Shown piece after piece: positions 51,401 to 63,670 of a stretch of 64,000 nt of DNA. The stretch is from assembly GCA_008632985.1 (NCBI GenBank), contig QPGO01000279.1:1-64000 (forward strand), written 5' to 3'. Position numbers and translations under genes: made by a program. Position 1 is the stretch's first letter, and every line of letters begins with the position of its first letter. The notes below the pieces were generated by a model. The model searched no databases. It saw only the letters and a list, made by a program, of their open reading frames with translations, and was not told the DNA's origin. This DNA is from Psammoneis japonica (taxonomy: Eukaryota).

Positions 51401-53308
51401 AGAGTTGAGAGGTCTTTTGGGTTCTTGGGTGGTTCCAGCTGCCAACAATTGCATGGAGTTCCCTGCACATTGCGAATCACATGAAAAGCATTTGTGCATT
51501 GGGTCACCGGAAGGATTTCACATGTTTCCTTTGACCCACGGCACACCCCTGCTGACATTGGTCTTCTGGAAGTGGTCACTGACATGTCTCCATCAGCTTT
51601 TCCAGTTGTGGTTGAAGCTGTCCAGGATGGAAAATGGTGCATTTGCTCTGAGGGCACCTCAGTCGAACTCTCTCCTGCAGCCCCCCTGCCCTCAGATTTC
51701 CAGCAATGGCTGATGTCTCCACCAACATGGGAATCTTTGCTGTTTGCTGACATCTTTTTACATGCATCGACATTTGAAATGGCACAGCGTTTGAAGTTTT
51801 TTTGGGTTGAGGCAGCAAGTGATGGTTTGGTCATTGGTTTTGCAGCTGCATTCCGATGGACGCTCACCATTGATGGCTTGATTTTGGTCAATTGTGCCGG
51901 CCCTGCATTTGGGTTTTGTTCTTCTTCACACCACATGGAAGCATGCAATGTGCTCTCCCTTCCTCAATTTGTGCTCAGGGTCTTAGAACATTGCCAGACT
52001 GCTCTCCCTCAGGCATGGACTTACATTGTGACAATTCTGCCATCATCCAAAATGTTGCAAATCTCCAGGCACCTTTTCCCATCTCTGAGGAGGACAGCCC
52101 TTCTCTGAAGCTCATCTTTGCTGCCACCATAGACACCATGTCGCTAACACAGCATCAGCTGATTGGGACACCTTGAATGAAATCTTCCATTCAGTCATGT
52201 CCCTTGCCAAATCTTCACCCACAGAGGCACTGTGCACTCAGGTCAACATGCACTGGATCAAGGGACACCAGGATGACCACATCCCCTGTGAATCATTGTC
52301 TCTTCCAGCACAAATGACTGTCAGAGTGGATTGAATTGCAGGCCAACAACATCAATGGAGATTTTCTGGCAGCACTTCGGTGGCTCCTTGGATGCCACAA
52401 TGTTCTGTGAACCTTGTGGCTGACAGTTCTTCCGTGAGTTCTAAATTCAAGTCTTTTCTGACATGAAGCTTCAAGCCCATCCCTTGTCCTGAGTGTAAAA
52501 GAAAAATCTGGATGGTCTGACAAGGTGCTCCACTCCATTGACAGGCCTGTCCACTCCAAACTCTTGTCTTGGAACATCTGCAAGAAAGTCATCACTGTCA
52601 AGTTCATTCAAGTCCTTTTGCCTGCCAACAAGACAGTCCACTGGTGCAATCCTGTCAGGCTGGATGTGTCTCCTCCCATGTGTGATTTCTTGCTGCTGGT
52701 GTTAGAATCTTGGTTCCATGAAGACCTGGTTTGTGCCAATCAGCTTCATCATAAAGCACTGGAAATTTTTTACTCTCAAGAGCAGATTTGTTGGCAGCAC
52801 CTGTTCAATGGTCATTTCTCTTCTCATTCAAAAAAGGCGCACCTCAAGCATTTGATGATGGTTGCACATTTAGACCCTGACAAGTCCAGAGTGGAGTGGG
52901 CGGCCACAGTTGGCACTTGTGTTTGGTGCCAATGCCAGGAATTGTGGGATCTGCGTGACACTGCAATTCATTGGTGTGATTCAGAAACCAGCAAATCAGT
53001 GCAATGTCATGATGTGGAAGCAGAAGTGAAGGCCATCTGCTCAAGGTCTGGTGGCTGCTTGGCAAAGGATTGTGCAGAACCCTTTGATTTCGTTGACAAG
53101 CACTCAACTCATTCTGTGCACAGGCTCTGCAACTGGTTGGCGATTGTGAGACCTGTGTTCAAATCAAGCATTGGAGATGCAAAATGGCTGATTGCCACAT
53201 GCCCCTGCCACACTTTAGTGTGCTGGGGTGTGTGGGTTAGCTTGTTGCCAGATTTGCAGGGCAGAAGTGCAGCAGAACCTTAAAAATGGATTCTGGGTTT
53301 TGTTTTGA
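45500..53308 (+). mobile_element. Highly decayed LINE with APE-RT-RNase H (Ambal-like)
   Basis: APE start at 48130 (HANG..ADAAGVSE..D); RT IYGTGQGSGNSP and GCVDN; RNase H ASDG..GP..SSHHME..WIKGHQD; C-terminal QEQICWQHLFNGHFS. Left boundary approximate. Confidence 0.8.
50497..50880 (+). repeat. Tandem duplication, 2 x about 190 bp, inside the LINE
   Basis: TCTGTGACTTGCACTCTTCCAAGTGCAC at about 50508 and 50699. Confidence 0.85.
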
Positions 53309-55167
53309 CTTCAATGGACACACAGTCTTTCCCATGGCACCACTTCTGCACACTTGGGAGGCAAATGTCCACATTTCTTTTGTTTCTTTTTAAGTTTCTG
53401 GTGCATCTCACATTTTGACACACATTTTTGCATGTTTTCGTGCAAAGGAAGACCACACCACAAGTGTTGTGAGATTGTCTCTTCAGCTCCATTCATGCAG
53501 GCTGCAGAAGGTGCACGTGGCGCCAATCTCTCACCACTTTTTGTTGTGTCTTCAGTGCAACATTTTTGTCCTTGTGACATGCAAGCATCCAGTCTCACTC
53601 ACCTCCACAAAATGTTTTTGTGTGACATGTTGCATCCAACAATTTGGAGAGAACATCTTTGTCCTGTTTGTGTTCAGTGTTAAGAACTTTGCGCATTGAT
53701 GGAAAAACATTGTTGCAAGATTTAGGTGAAACTTCAATTGCTGGTTCTTCATTGCTGGGGTTTTCCACAGGTTCCATTTTCTTCACAGTAAATTGGCTGA
53801 TGGCATCTGCAACTGCATTTGCCTTGCCCTTGAGGCAAATTGTTTTGGGACTGCATTCTTCTGTTGTCAGTTGCCAATGCATGACTTTGTCCATTGTGAA
53901 GCTCTTGTGGGTGAGATTCTTGTGATCCATCTGAGTGCAAATCTGTTGGCCAAACAGAACATTCCAGAATTCCTTGGGTGCTTCCATTGTGGACAGAAGT
54001 TCTTTTCCATTGCAGTGCAGCACGTCTGCACTCCATTTAAGTTGCAACTTTAGAAGGCAACAGGTCCATCATTCTGCATTGTCACTGCTCCCAGTTGAGA
54101 ATCACTTGCATCAGTGTGTGCCTCAAAGGGAATGTCACGATTCGGGTGTGGTGGTGATGCATCTTTCAATGTGATTCACTTCACATTTTTGAAGGCTTTT
54201 TGTTCTGTGCTTGTCCATTGCCACTTGGTCTCAGGTGAGGTGAGTTTGACCAAAGGAGCAAGAACACAAGAGATCATTGAGGCCACACATCTCAATGACA
54301 ATTTATCACACCAATGAAATGCCACAAACTTTTCTGTGAGTTGCAGGTGTTGCAATTGCTTGAATCACTTCCACTTTCCCAGGCATTGGTCTGATGCCAT
54401 TTCCTGTGATGTGAAAGCCAGACAATCTGCCTCTGGCTTTGCAAAAATGACTTTCCAGCATTGGCCTTCAATCCAGTTTGTTTGATCTTTGACGTCACCT
54501 TTTGTCAGGCACAGTGTGTCATCAACACAAGTCCTGACAAACTCCAATCACATGCTCCTGAAAAACATCCAGAGCTCCACAGATTCCCATTGGGAGTTTG
54601 CAGCACTCACATTTGCCCCACGGCATCACGACAATGCACAAATGACATGCATGTGGTGTCAATTCAACATGGCAGTGTCCCATGTTCAAATCCAGTGAGG
54701 TTCCATGCATGAAGCCTTCTAGTTTCTGCAGCATGTCTTGAAATTTTGGGAAAGGACATGGAGGGCATGTCAACCATTCATCAAGCTCATGGAAGTTGGA
54801 CAGGAACCAAAGCCTGCCATTTTTTTGGGGCTGAACAAAGGGTGGAGCTGCCCATTCAGAGTGGTTTATTTTTCTTAACTCAATGCTCTTAACTTGCACA
54901 GTCTTTCAACTTCCTTTCAAGCAGTCACCTCTGAGCTTGCGGAATGGGAAATGGTTTCATGTGATGTGGTTTTGCACCAGATTTCACTGCAAAATCAACC
55001 GGTTTTCTGGTCCACTTGCCTGCAGAACTGCTGTGAAAAAAGGTTCAAATCTTTTTAGGAAGAAGTTAACTTGCTTCTGCTCTTCTGGGGTTTTAGACAA
55101 GTTGCCGCAGCTGTCACATTGTCAAGGTTGGCAACATGATGATCACTGTCAAGGATTTTGTTGATCT

Positions 55168-55559
55168 TGTCACATCAAGTGCAGTGGGCATCCCTGCCGT
55201 AGCCGCCGATGATGCTGCTTTCCTGCGTCTGTAGGCTGTCCGTAGCGACGCTGATCCCGCAGAAGCGCGCACCAGGAAACGCGACTCTCAGCATGAGACC
55301 CACGAAGGGCTACGGGAGATCCATACGACTGAGACCGGCGCGACTGGCCATCGCGTACGTGACTCACCTTGTATGAAGGGACTGCGTAGGATGTATGTAC
55401 GCAGTACCGAGTATGATTGGTTCCGCGCAGGGACTGAAGACGCGGCACTGTATGTCTTACTGTCGCGCGTACACATGCAGTCTTATAATTTACGCAACAC
55501 ACGAATTATCAACCCTCTTTACGACTTAGTGCTTAGACCCTATTTTTGCATAGGGCACA
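55168..55559. mobile_element. Solo-LTR-like insertion with unmutated composition
   Basis: TG..CA ends. Interrupts Gypsy pol between PR and RT. Rich in TpA and CpG. No clean TSD. Confidence 0.6.
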
Positions 55560-55842
55560 AGACTGTTTGTGGCATGCGGTTTCTCAATGTGATTGGCTGT
55601 CAGCGTGAACACTTCAGTGTTAAAGAGTGCATCAACATTGTTCATGGGTGTGGGGGCATTCTCCCATTTGATTTTTTCATTTGCAAAGTCCAACAACATG
55701 ATTCCAAGACTGCTCATTGAGTCATGTCCCATGATCACATCATGTTGACTTGAAGAAGCAGTGCTGTCATCTGCTTGTGCTGTCTTCTCAACCCTTTTGT
55801 GTTTGTCTAATTCAGGCAATGAGAACTGCATTGTACAGTGAC

Positions 55843-56872
55843 ACAATTCTGCCTTGGTTTCACGGCCACAACCCCTGCTTGTTTTTCTACGTGAGCCCTG
55901 GTGCTGATGTCACCTTTTTCAGGTGGTGTGATGATGACTCTTGCCTGCCCTTTCTGAGTGCATTTTTTATTGACATGCCTTTGTTCGGTCATCACAAGCA
56001 ATCTCACGTATTTGAAAGCAACTGGCATCAACCTCTTTTGGTTGGTGTGCTTGTCATTCTTGTTGGCAATTTTTTCCTTGGTTGCAATTTTTTCTATGCA
56101 AGTTTCAGCACACAAATTCCATGTGTTCCAAAAGTCATTTCCAGATGGCCGACTGGCCAAACTACAAACTGTTCTCTGTCCATGCCTCTCAAGTGTCAAT
56201 GACTCCCCTTCCATCTGTTGCCAATCTGAGTTCTCTGCTTTATGTGGTGGACAATCTTCTGTCATTGATGCTCCCAGAAGTCTGCATTTGAGATCAACTC
56301 AGCATGATTTGGCCATTCTTCTATTTGCTGACAATTCTGCACAAGTTTCAGTGCAAATTCTACATCTCTTGAAAGTGGTTTCAGATGATCCACTTGCCAA
56401 TCCATGGATTGTTTTCTGTTCACACCTCTCAGGTCTTAATGACTCCTTTTGTCCACTGCCAATTTAAGTTCTCTGCTTCATGTGGTGAACAATCTTTTGT
56501 CAATGCCACCTGCAGAACTTGAACTCAAGACTTCAGCATGGGTTGACCAGTTTTTCCTGTCCCTTTGCTCTCTCTTTGGTTGCACCCATTCAAGATTGCT
56601 TGTTTCATCCTTGCAACCAGATCCTGTCCCAAGCAGATGTCCTGATGGCAGCATTGAGTGCTTCAAATTTGATGTCTGGTTTTGTGGGTCCTGTTTTTGC
56701 TGCTGCCAGCTATTTCTGGTGGGCACAACAGACTTGTGGTGTCATTTTTGGCTGATTGCAACACATTCCTGCTGCACTTTATCAATGCACTGGGGGTGCA
56801 AGTTAGCTTGTTGCCAAAGTTGCAGGGTGGAAGTGCAGCAGCACTTTTAAATGCAGAATTTTGGTTTTGTTT
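55843..56872. mobile_element. About 1-kb insertion flanked by 16-bp direct repeats (possible 5'-truncated non-LTR element)
   Basis: TGCATTGTACAGTGAC (55827-55842) / TGCATTGTGCAGTGAC (56873-56888). Right end resembles 53185-53308. Confidence 0.65.
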
Positions 56873-57851
56873 TGCATTGTGCAGTGACTGTCAGTCATGA
56901 AGAGTTTGCCCTTGGTTTCCCAAGTTTGGGTGGCGGATTTCTTCATTCTCAATTTCTGCATGAATTTGTGCAAAATCATGGTTGACAATGTTCCACTGTC
57001 AAGAAGAATGCACAAGGGCTCATTTTTCTCCTTTCCCAAAGAAGCATTCATGTGAGCAACAACTGTTGGACTGGTGTGTGAGTTGCTTTGGCATTTTTTC
57101 TGGGCTTCCTGACACCTGGTGACATGCACAAGACTCCTCTGCAGGAGCAAGTCATTCTTCAGAATTGCTGCACAATGTTTTTTCAAACTGACAATTTTCC
57201 TTGCTGAGTGAATCAGAATTGTGTTTCTTGGGCTTGTTCTTGTGTTTGGAATTCTTCACATTGGGACTTGTGGTGAGTGACATGTTGATTTCCTGAGTGA
57301 TGATGGCATTCAATTCTTCTTTTGGAGGGGTGTTTTTAGTGTTGCGATGTGACCACATGCGACTGCCATTTGAACAATGCCTTTTCATGTCATGCTCAAC
57401 ATTCTTCCAACATTCCTTGGCTAAAAGCAGCACTTGTCCATATTGTGAGTGGACTTTTTGCAACAATTGCACCACTCATTGGACTCGGAACATTTGGCAC
57501 CAGATTGGCGATCACCTTGCGGGGTCGACTGATGGCTCCTGCAGCAGGGCATGAGGTTGCACATGATGTCACAAAGAGCTCATCCTCATCCAAACTCTGC
57601 AAGGCTCAAAAGGAGGGCAGCAATTGAAATCATCATTGACCCCCTGTGTCCAGGTGGCAATTTCCCAGATCTTCATGGTCTTTGGTTTCTTCAAATCACA
57701 TTGCAGGTGTCGTTTCTGGTTGCAAAGTAATTTCTTGGGGAAGACATGAGTGGTGAGGTGTTGCGGGCATTTTTCGAAGGCTCTTTCATCACATTTGGAC
57801 TCCAGGTTTGCTGCCTTGTTCTCAAAAACTTGAAGAGCATCTCCCTGCAAC

Positions 57852-58995
57852 CTCAGTTTGGTTTCACCATGTAATTTCTCAAAATTCCCTGGGATTAACT
57901 TACCACCTTTTACCCTGTTTTTCCACGGGAAGGGTGAATTCCCGGGGAATCGCCACGAATTGCCAATCTTGTCTACACATGCTAAATGCATGAATAAAAA
58001 ACATTGGCAATTCCCCGTGCTTCCCCTCTCATGCATTTCTGCGAATTCTACATGCCGGCATGTGCAGAACCACACACCATCAACCGACCGCAACAAAAAT
58101 GGTCAACACACCATGGAGCATTCGCATCCCATTTATGATGGCTCTTGTCAAACAACAATGAGACCAGTCAATCCAGTGAGTGAGATTATGATCAACAGTG
58201 TAAAATAAAAAATGAACAGAACTGTGACAGATGATGTTGAGCAGACAACTGGAGCATTGATCCAAAAGAGTGATTCTAAATTATCCACTTCATTCTGCAC
58301 ATAAGATGTGTCAATTGGAAGAACAAACATGGCCATTCACTCCGCCATGTTTTCATCAGCAACACATGGTTCTGCTTTTGCCTTGGACTTTACCACAAAT
58401 GCTGCATGGCTTGCATTTGTGACCTGTTGTTGTGCAGCTGCAAATGCAAACTGTGAGGCATCTAGAGTGAAGGCTAAGGCAAAAGCAGAACCTCACAAGG
58501 CCAATAAAAATTGTGGGGGATTGTGTGGTCATGCTTGTTCTTTCCTTTGACCCATCTCATTTGCAGAACACAGTGTGTCATGTGTTCCTTCTTGTGTGGC
58601 ATGGTCACAAATGCAAACCACAAGGGCTCTAGAGCAAAGGATGAGGCAAAAATAGAACCGCACATGAGCAACATTGACATGGCTGATTTAACGGTAAAGT
58701 TTGTTCTTTCCTTGCTCTGCCACAAGAAGCTGCTTTTGTGTCGATGCACTGGTCATTGTCGTCATCTTGCATCATGTCGCGTCGGTTGTCAGGGGGATAA
58801 AAGCACAACCACCTGACTGTAATTACCGCACATTACCACATTCCATTTGTTTTGTGTTCCCCTCCCCTGAGCCCTTTCAGGCATTCTTTCCCACAAAATT
58901 ACCCTCATTTCCCGGGTTTTCCCCAAACGGGCAAGGTGACTCCCCCTCACCCTGGCCATTTTGGGGAATCCCCAAAAGGGCAAAACCAAACTAAG
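57852..58995. mobile_element. Non-autonomous TIR element with 8-bp TSD (hAT-like)
   Basis: TSD CCTGCAAC (57844-57851 / 58996-59003). 13-bp TIR CT(C/T)AGTTTGGTTT. Removing it restores gag VLLQGDAL. Confidence 0.85.
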
Positions 58996-59699
58996 CCTGC
59001 AACAACACATGCACAATTTGGCACTTGTCAGCTTGGCTCTGTTTTGCATTCTGTCCAACCTGAAGTTTGGCAAAGGTCTTCAAAAATTTGATGAACTTGG
59101 GAACTCCTTGCTTGTTGTGACACTTGATGTTGATCATGCAAGTGCAACTTTTTCATCTCCAGGGTCAAAACACTGCTCCATGTTGAGACACTAGCTTGGC
59201 TTGAGTGCTTTTGGCTTGGAAATCAATTCCAATGGAACAGGACCAATTTTCTCCTGCTTGACGCAGATCTGGGCATCCATCACTTGGGGTGAAAGCTTCA
59301 TTCTTGTGGTTTTACCTTCTGTGGAGTGCATGCACAATGCACTCCTGTGCTTGAAGAAGGAGTGCAAATGAAAGCAGAACAAATCACAAAAAGTGAAAAT
59401 TGTGAGATTGGGCTTCTTTGCTCTCTGCAATTTTGAGATTCTCCAAAGGTGTTCTCAACAGCCTGAAGCTTTGGCACTGCTTCTACAGACTGAAGGCCTT
59501 TTGGAGAATCTGATCATGACAACAGATTATCCGGATGCAATCAACATTGACGCCTCACATGTCAACATCATCTGTTGATGGCACCTGTGCAATTTTCAAC
59601 ATTGGATCAACTCTGTGTGATTGATCCATCCTTTGTGTGCATCCACAACTGTGACACGATTGACACATGGCACAACATGTGTGACTGTGAACAAGCACA

Positions 59700-62600
59700 T
59701 GACAATGCATGCTGCAGACCATCTCAGAAAGCTTGAGAAAACATTCACATGGCTCGAGCAAGCGGGATTGAAGGTTAACACCAAAAAGTCATTTTTTGCC
59801 AAGCCAGAGGCAAATTGTCTGGGTTTTCACATCACTCAAAATTGCATCAGACCAAAACCTGAGAAAGTGGAGGCGATTCAAGCAATTGCAATGCCTGCCA
59901 CTCACTGGGAATTGTTGTGTTTCATTGGCATTGTCAATTGTTGTGGAGACATGTGATCCAATGCCTTTGGCCAAACTCACCTCATTTAAGGTTAAGTGGC
60001 AATGGACAAGCACAGAACAAAAAGCCTCCAAAAATGTGAAGTGGATCATGTCAAAAGATGTGTCACTGTCACACCCAAATTTCAACATTCCCTTTGTGAT
60101 CCATGCTGACACAAGCAATTCTCTGCCAGGAACAGTCACAATGCAGAGAACAGCAGACCTGTTGCCTTCTACAGCCACAAGTTAAATGGAGCACAGACGT
60201 GCCACACTGCAATGGAAAAAGAATTTGTGTCCACAGTGGAGACACTTGAGGAATTCCAGAATGTGCTGTTTGGCCAACAGATTAACATGCACATGGATCA
60301 CAAGAATTTCACCCAAGAGAACTTCACAATGGAGAGACTCATGCATTGGCAACCAACAACAGAAGAATGCAGCTCCAAAACAATTTACCTCAAGGGCAAA
60401 GTGCATGTTGTTGCAGACACGATCAGCCCAATCACTGTGAAGAAAAGAGAACCTGTGGAAAACCTCAGCAATGAAGAACCAGCTGACAAAAGTTGCACCT
60501 GAACCCCATGACAATGTCTTTCCATTAACACAAAAAGTTCTCGACACTAAACACAAACAGGATGAAGACATTTTCCCCAAATTGTTGGACGCAACATGTC
60601 ATGCCAAAACTTTTTGTTGAGGCAAGCAAAACCAGATGCTCATCTGTCACAAGGATGAAATCATTGCACCAAAGACATCACAATGAGTGGTGACAGATTG
60701 CCACCATTTGCACCTTCTGCACCATGGCATAAATGGAACTGAAGAGACAATCTCACAACACTTGTGGTGGTCCATCTCATGTGAAGATGTGCAAAGATGT
60801 GTTGAAATGTGAGACATGCCAGAAATTTAAAAACAAACAAAAGAAATGTGGGCATTTGCCTCCTGAGTTCACAGAACCAGTGCCATGGGAAAGACCACAC
60901 ATGGATCTTGTTGGAACATGCAAGATGCATCGGAAGGACAAAAAGAAACCCCCAGCTCTGAAATGTCTGACAATGACAGATCCAGCAACAGCACAGTTTG
61001 AAGCAGCAGAAACTCCAAACATGGAATCCATGACCATTGCTAGATTGTTAGAGAGAATGTGGTTCTTGAGCAGATGTCCTTGGCCATTGTTGGTCACTTG
61101 TGATTGTGGAAGTGAATTTGTTGGATGTCAATCTCTAGAACTGTGGTTCACGATTGTTGTGGCATTAAATGCAAGCCCACAACCATGCAAAATCCACAAG
61201 CAAATGCCACAATTGAGCACATGCATCAAGTGCTGGGCAACATGCTGCATGCATTTGATTTACAAAATGCACCCCTGGATGCTCAGAGTCCTTTTGAGGG
61301 AATGCTGTCAGCAGCAGCCTTTGCACAGTGTGTTTGACATGTCATGCCACTGTGCAAGCTGCACCAGAAGAATTGGTCTTTAAAATGCTAGAGACATTGC
61401 CAACTGGAAGTTTGTTCAGAAACAAACACAAGATGTTTTAAATGCAAACAATGCCAGAGAGAATGCATGGTGCACTCCATGCACGTGCAGAGTGGGAGAA
61501 AAGATCTTGCTAGAAAAAGACTCTAAAAAATTAGAATGGCCTTGTGCTGGGCCATGCATCATGACAACTGCACACACTCAATGGCAAAGTGCAGATCAAA
61601 TGTGGTGATCTCATGCATTGACACTGTCAACATCTCCAACAAATGATTCCATTTGACGAATGACTCCAATGTGCAATTGGGAAGGGGAGTGCAGCATGCA
61701 TTGTCAAGTGGGTGAAATTGTGCATGTTCACAATTGCACAATGTTGTGTGTCAATCGCACCACAATCATGGATGCATGCAAAGATCAAAAAACCAGATCT
61801 AAATTTAAAGTGCCATCACTCCTCTGCCAGCCAGTCTGACCTGGCTGACCCACAGCCCCAGTGCACAGTTAAGTGTGGCAGGAGCTTGTGCGGCATTAGC
61901 CAGAATGGGCATCACCAGAAGGTGACACCCCACCAAGACAACTGAAAAAGAATGATTCACAAGAGGGATTTATTGCGCGCTTGCTGATGACAGCCACAGA
62001 AGGCACACCACAACTGCAACAGACAATTGCATTCAGATGGGTTTTTAAAACAGTCAACAAAAGGAGCCTTGAAGGCAAGACAAGCAGGTCATTGGAGAAA
62101 ATGTTTGTTGCACACAGAAGCAGCACTGAGTCTTGCACAGAAAAGCGGATGGCAGCAGCAAACCAACGACAATCAAATGGCACCACAGGATGACTTGTGT
62201 TCTTGCTGAAAAGGGCTGAAACAGAAGCAGCACATTCACCTCATAGAGTGAAGTGCTTGATTGCATGGCAGAGAAAAAAGTGGGGTTGAAGACCGATTGG
62301 CAAGGACAAAAGTAGTCTGGATGAGTGACACGTAGATGGTCAGTGGTGTCACATTGACACAATGCCAGATCTTGCGCAGAACAGCCGATGAGAGCAGCAA
62401 ATGGATGACAATCAAATGACTCTGAAGGATGACTGACATTCTTGCTGAAAAGGAGAAGCAGCACTTTCACCACAAAGAGTGAAGGACTTGATTGCATGGC
62501 AAGGAAAAGAAGTGGCATTGAAAACCAATTTGCAAGGATAAAAACAGTCTGGGGAAGTCACATGCAGATCATCAGCAGCATCTGCACATCCTGGCAGAAT

Positions 62601-63141
62601 TTGCACTAGAACCTGTGCAGAAAATTTTCTGAGACAACAGAAAATTACGAGAAACAACAACCAGCACACTGGCCAACAGGCCGTGACAGTCATCATTTTC
62701 CACTGATGAACATTGCTCATCATGTTGTAATGAGGATGTGCCATTGGTGAACAAGGACAGCATGGGCTTGTTGGAGCCAAATCAACACAAGAAGGTGCGC
62801 AGCAACCTGTGTACAAGCTGAGGGCATGCAGCTGATGTCGAAAAAGTGTGTGCAAAGATCAGATGGATCACACAGAAAAAATTGATCGGATGTCTAAAAT
62901 TACAAAAACACCATGGATGGACAATGTTGACACACAAGATGTCAATGTCGATTGCATCGGGACAATCTGTTGTCACGTTTAGATCACACGAAAGGCCTTT
63001 GCTCTGTAGAAGCAGTGCAAATGCTTCAGGCCATTGAGAACTCTTTTGGTAAATGGCAAAATCACAGTGTAAAATCTGATCTTATAATTTCCACTTTTAG
63101 TGATTTGTTCTACTTTCATTTGCACTCATTCTTCAAGCACA
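59700..63141 (+). mobile_element. Decayed Gypsy 3' half (RT end, RH, INT) plus long 3' LTR (about 61690-63141); same family as 53310-59690
   Basis: GLKVNTKKS, HADTS, DHKNF, PWERPHMDLVG, NPQANA. PPT GGGAAGGGGAG. 62840-63141 matches 59346-59660 inverted. LTR has internal repeats of about 240 bp. Confidence 0.85.
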
Positions 63142-63249
63142 GTGCAAAAGGTCAATTGACATTGCAAAACAAAACTTTTTTAACTCTCATGACTTGTTTT
63201 TCTGATGTGGCAGCTGTCTCCACTGTTGCCTGCAATCTTTCAAGCTTTT

Positions 63250-63670
63250 GATTTTTTCCCCTCATGCAACGTGCATCTTATCTTGTGAAGCAGCAGGGAC
63301 AGTGTGTTCATGTGACCGTGTTTCTGCCTCAGTGCGGCTTCTGGGGACCAGCCCTTCCTCTGCATTGGTCACACTCAGTGTTGCGCACATTTTAATCTTT
63401 TTTTCTCATGCAACATGCATCTTGTCTTGTGAAGCACCAGTGACAGCATGCTCAAGTGTTTCTGCCACAGTGTGGCTTCTGGTGACCAGCCCTTTCCCTG
63501 CATTGGTCACACTCAGTGTTGCGCACATTTTAATCTTTTTTTCTCATGCAACATGCATCTTGTCTTGTGAAGCACCAGTGACAGCATGCTCAAGTGTTTC
63601 TGCCACAGTGTGGCTTCTGGTGACCAGCCCTTTCCCTGCATTGGTCACACTCAGTGCTGTGCACAGAAAT
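63250..63670. repeat. Tandem repeat, about 3 x 138 bp
   Basis: TTTTCTCATGCAACATGCATCTTGTC at 63401 and 63539. Diverged first unit. Confidence 0.9.

Larger units (their letters stand above)
53310..59690 (-). mobile_element. Decayed Gypsy (partial 5' LTR, gag, PR, RT, RH, partial INT) interrupted by three insertions
   Basis: LLQGDALQVF (gag), ILLDSGT, WAAPPF, SLDLNMGHCH, CVDD, DHKNLT, VVPWERLCV. Confidence 0.88.

Noticed and set aside
55163..55564. TSD around the solo-LTR-like insert
   Set aside because: Flanks GATCT and AGACT do not match, so the solo-LTR call stays tentative.
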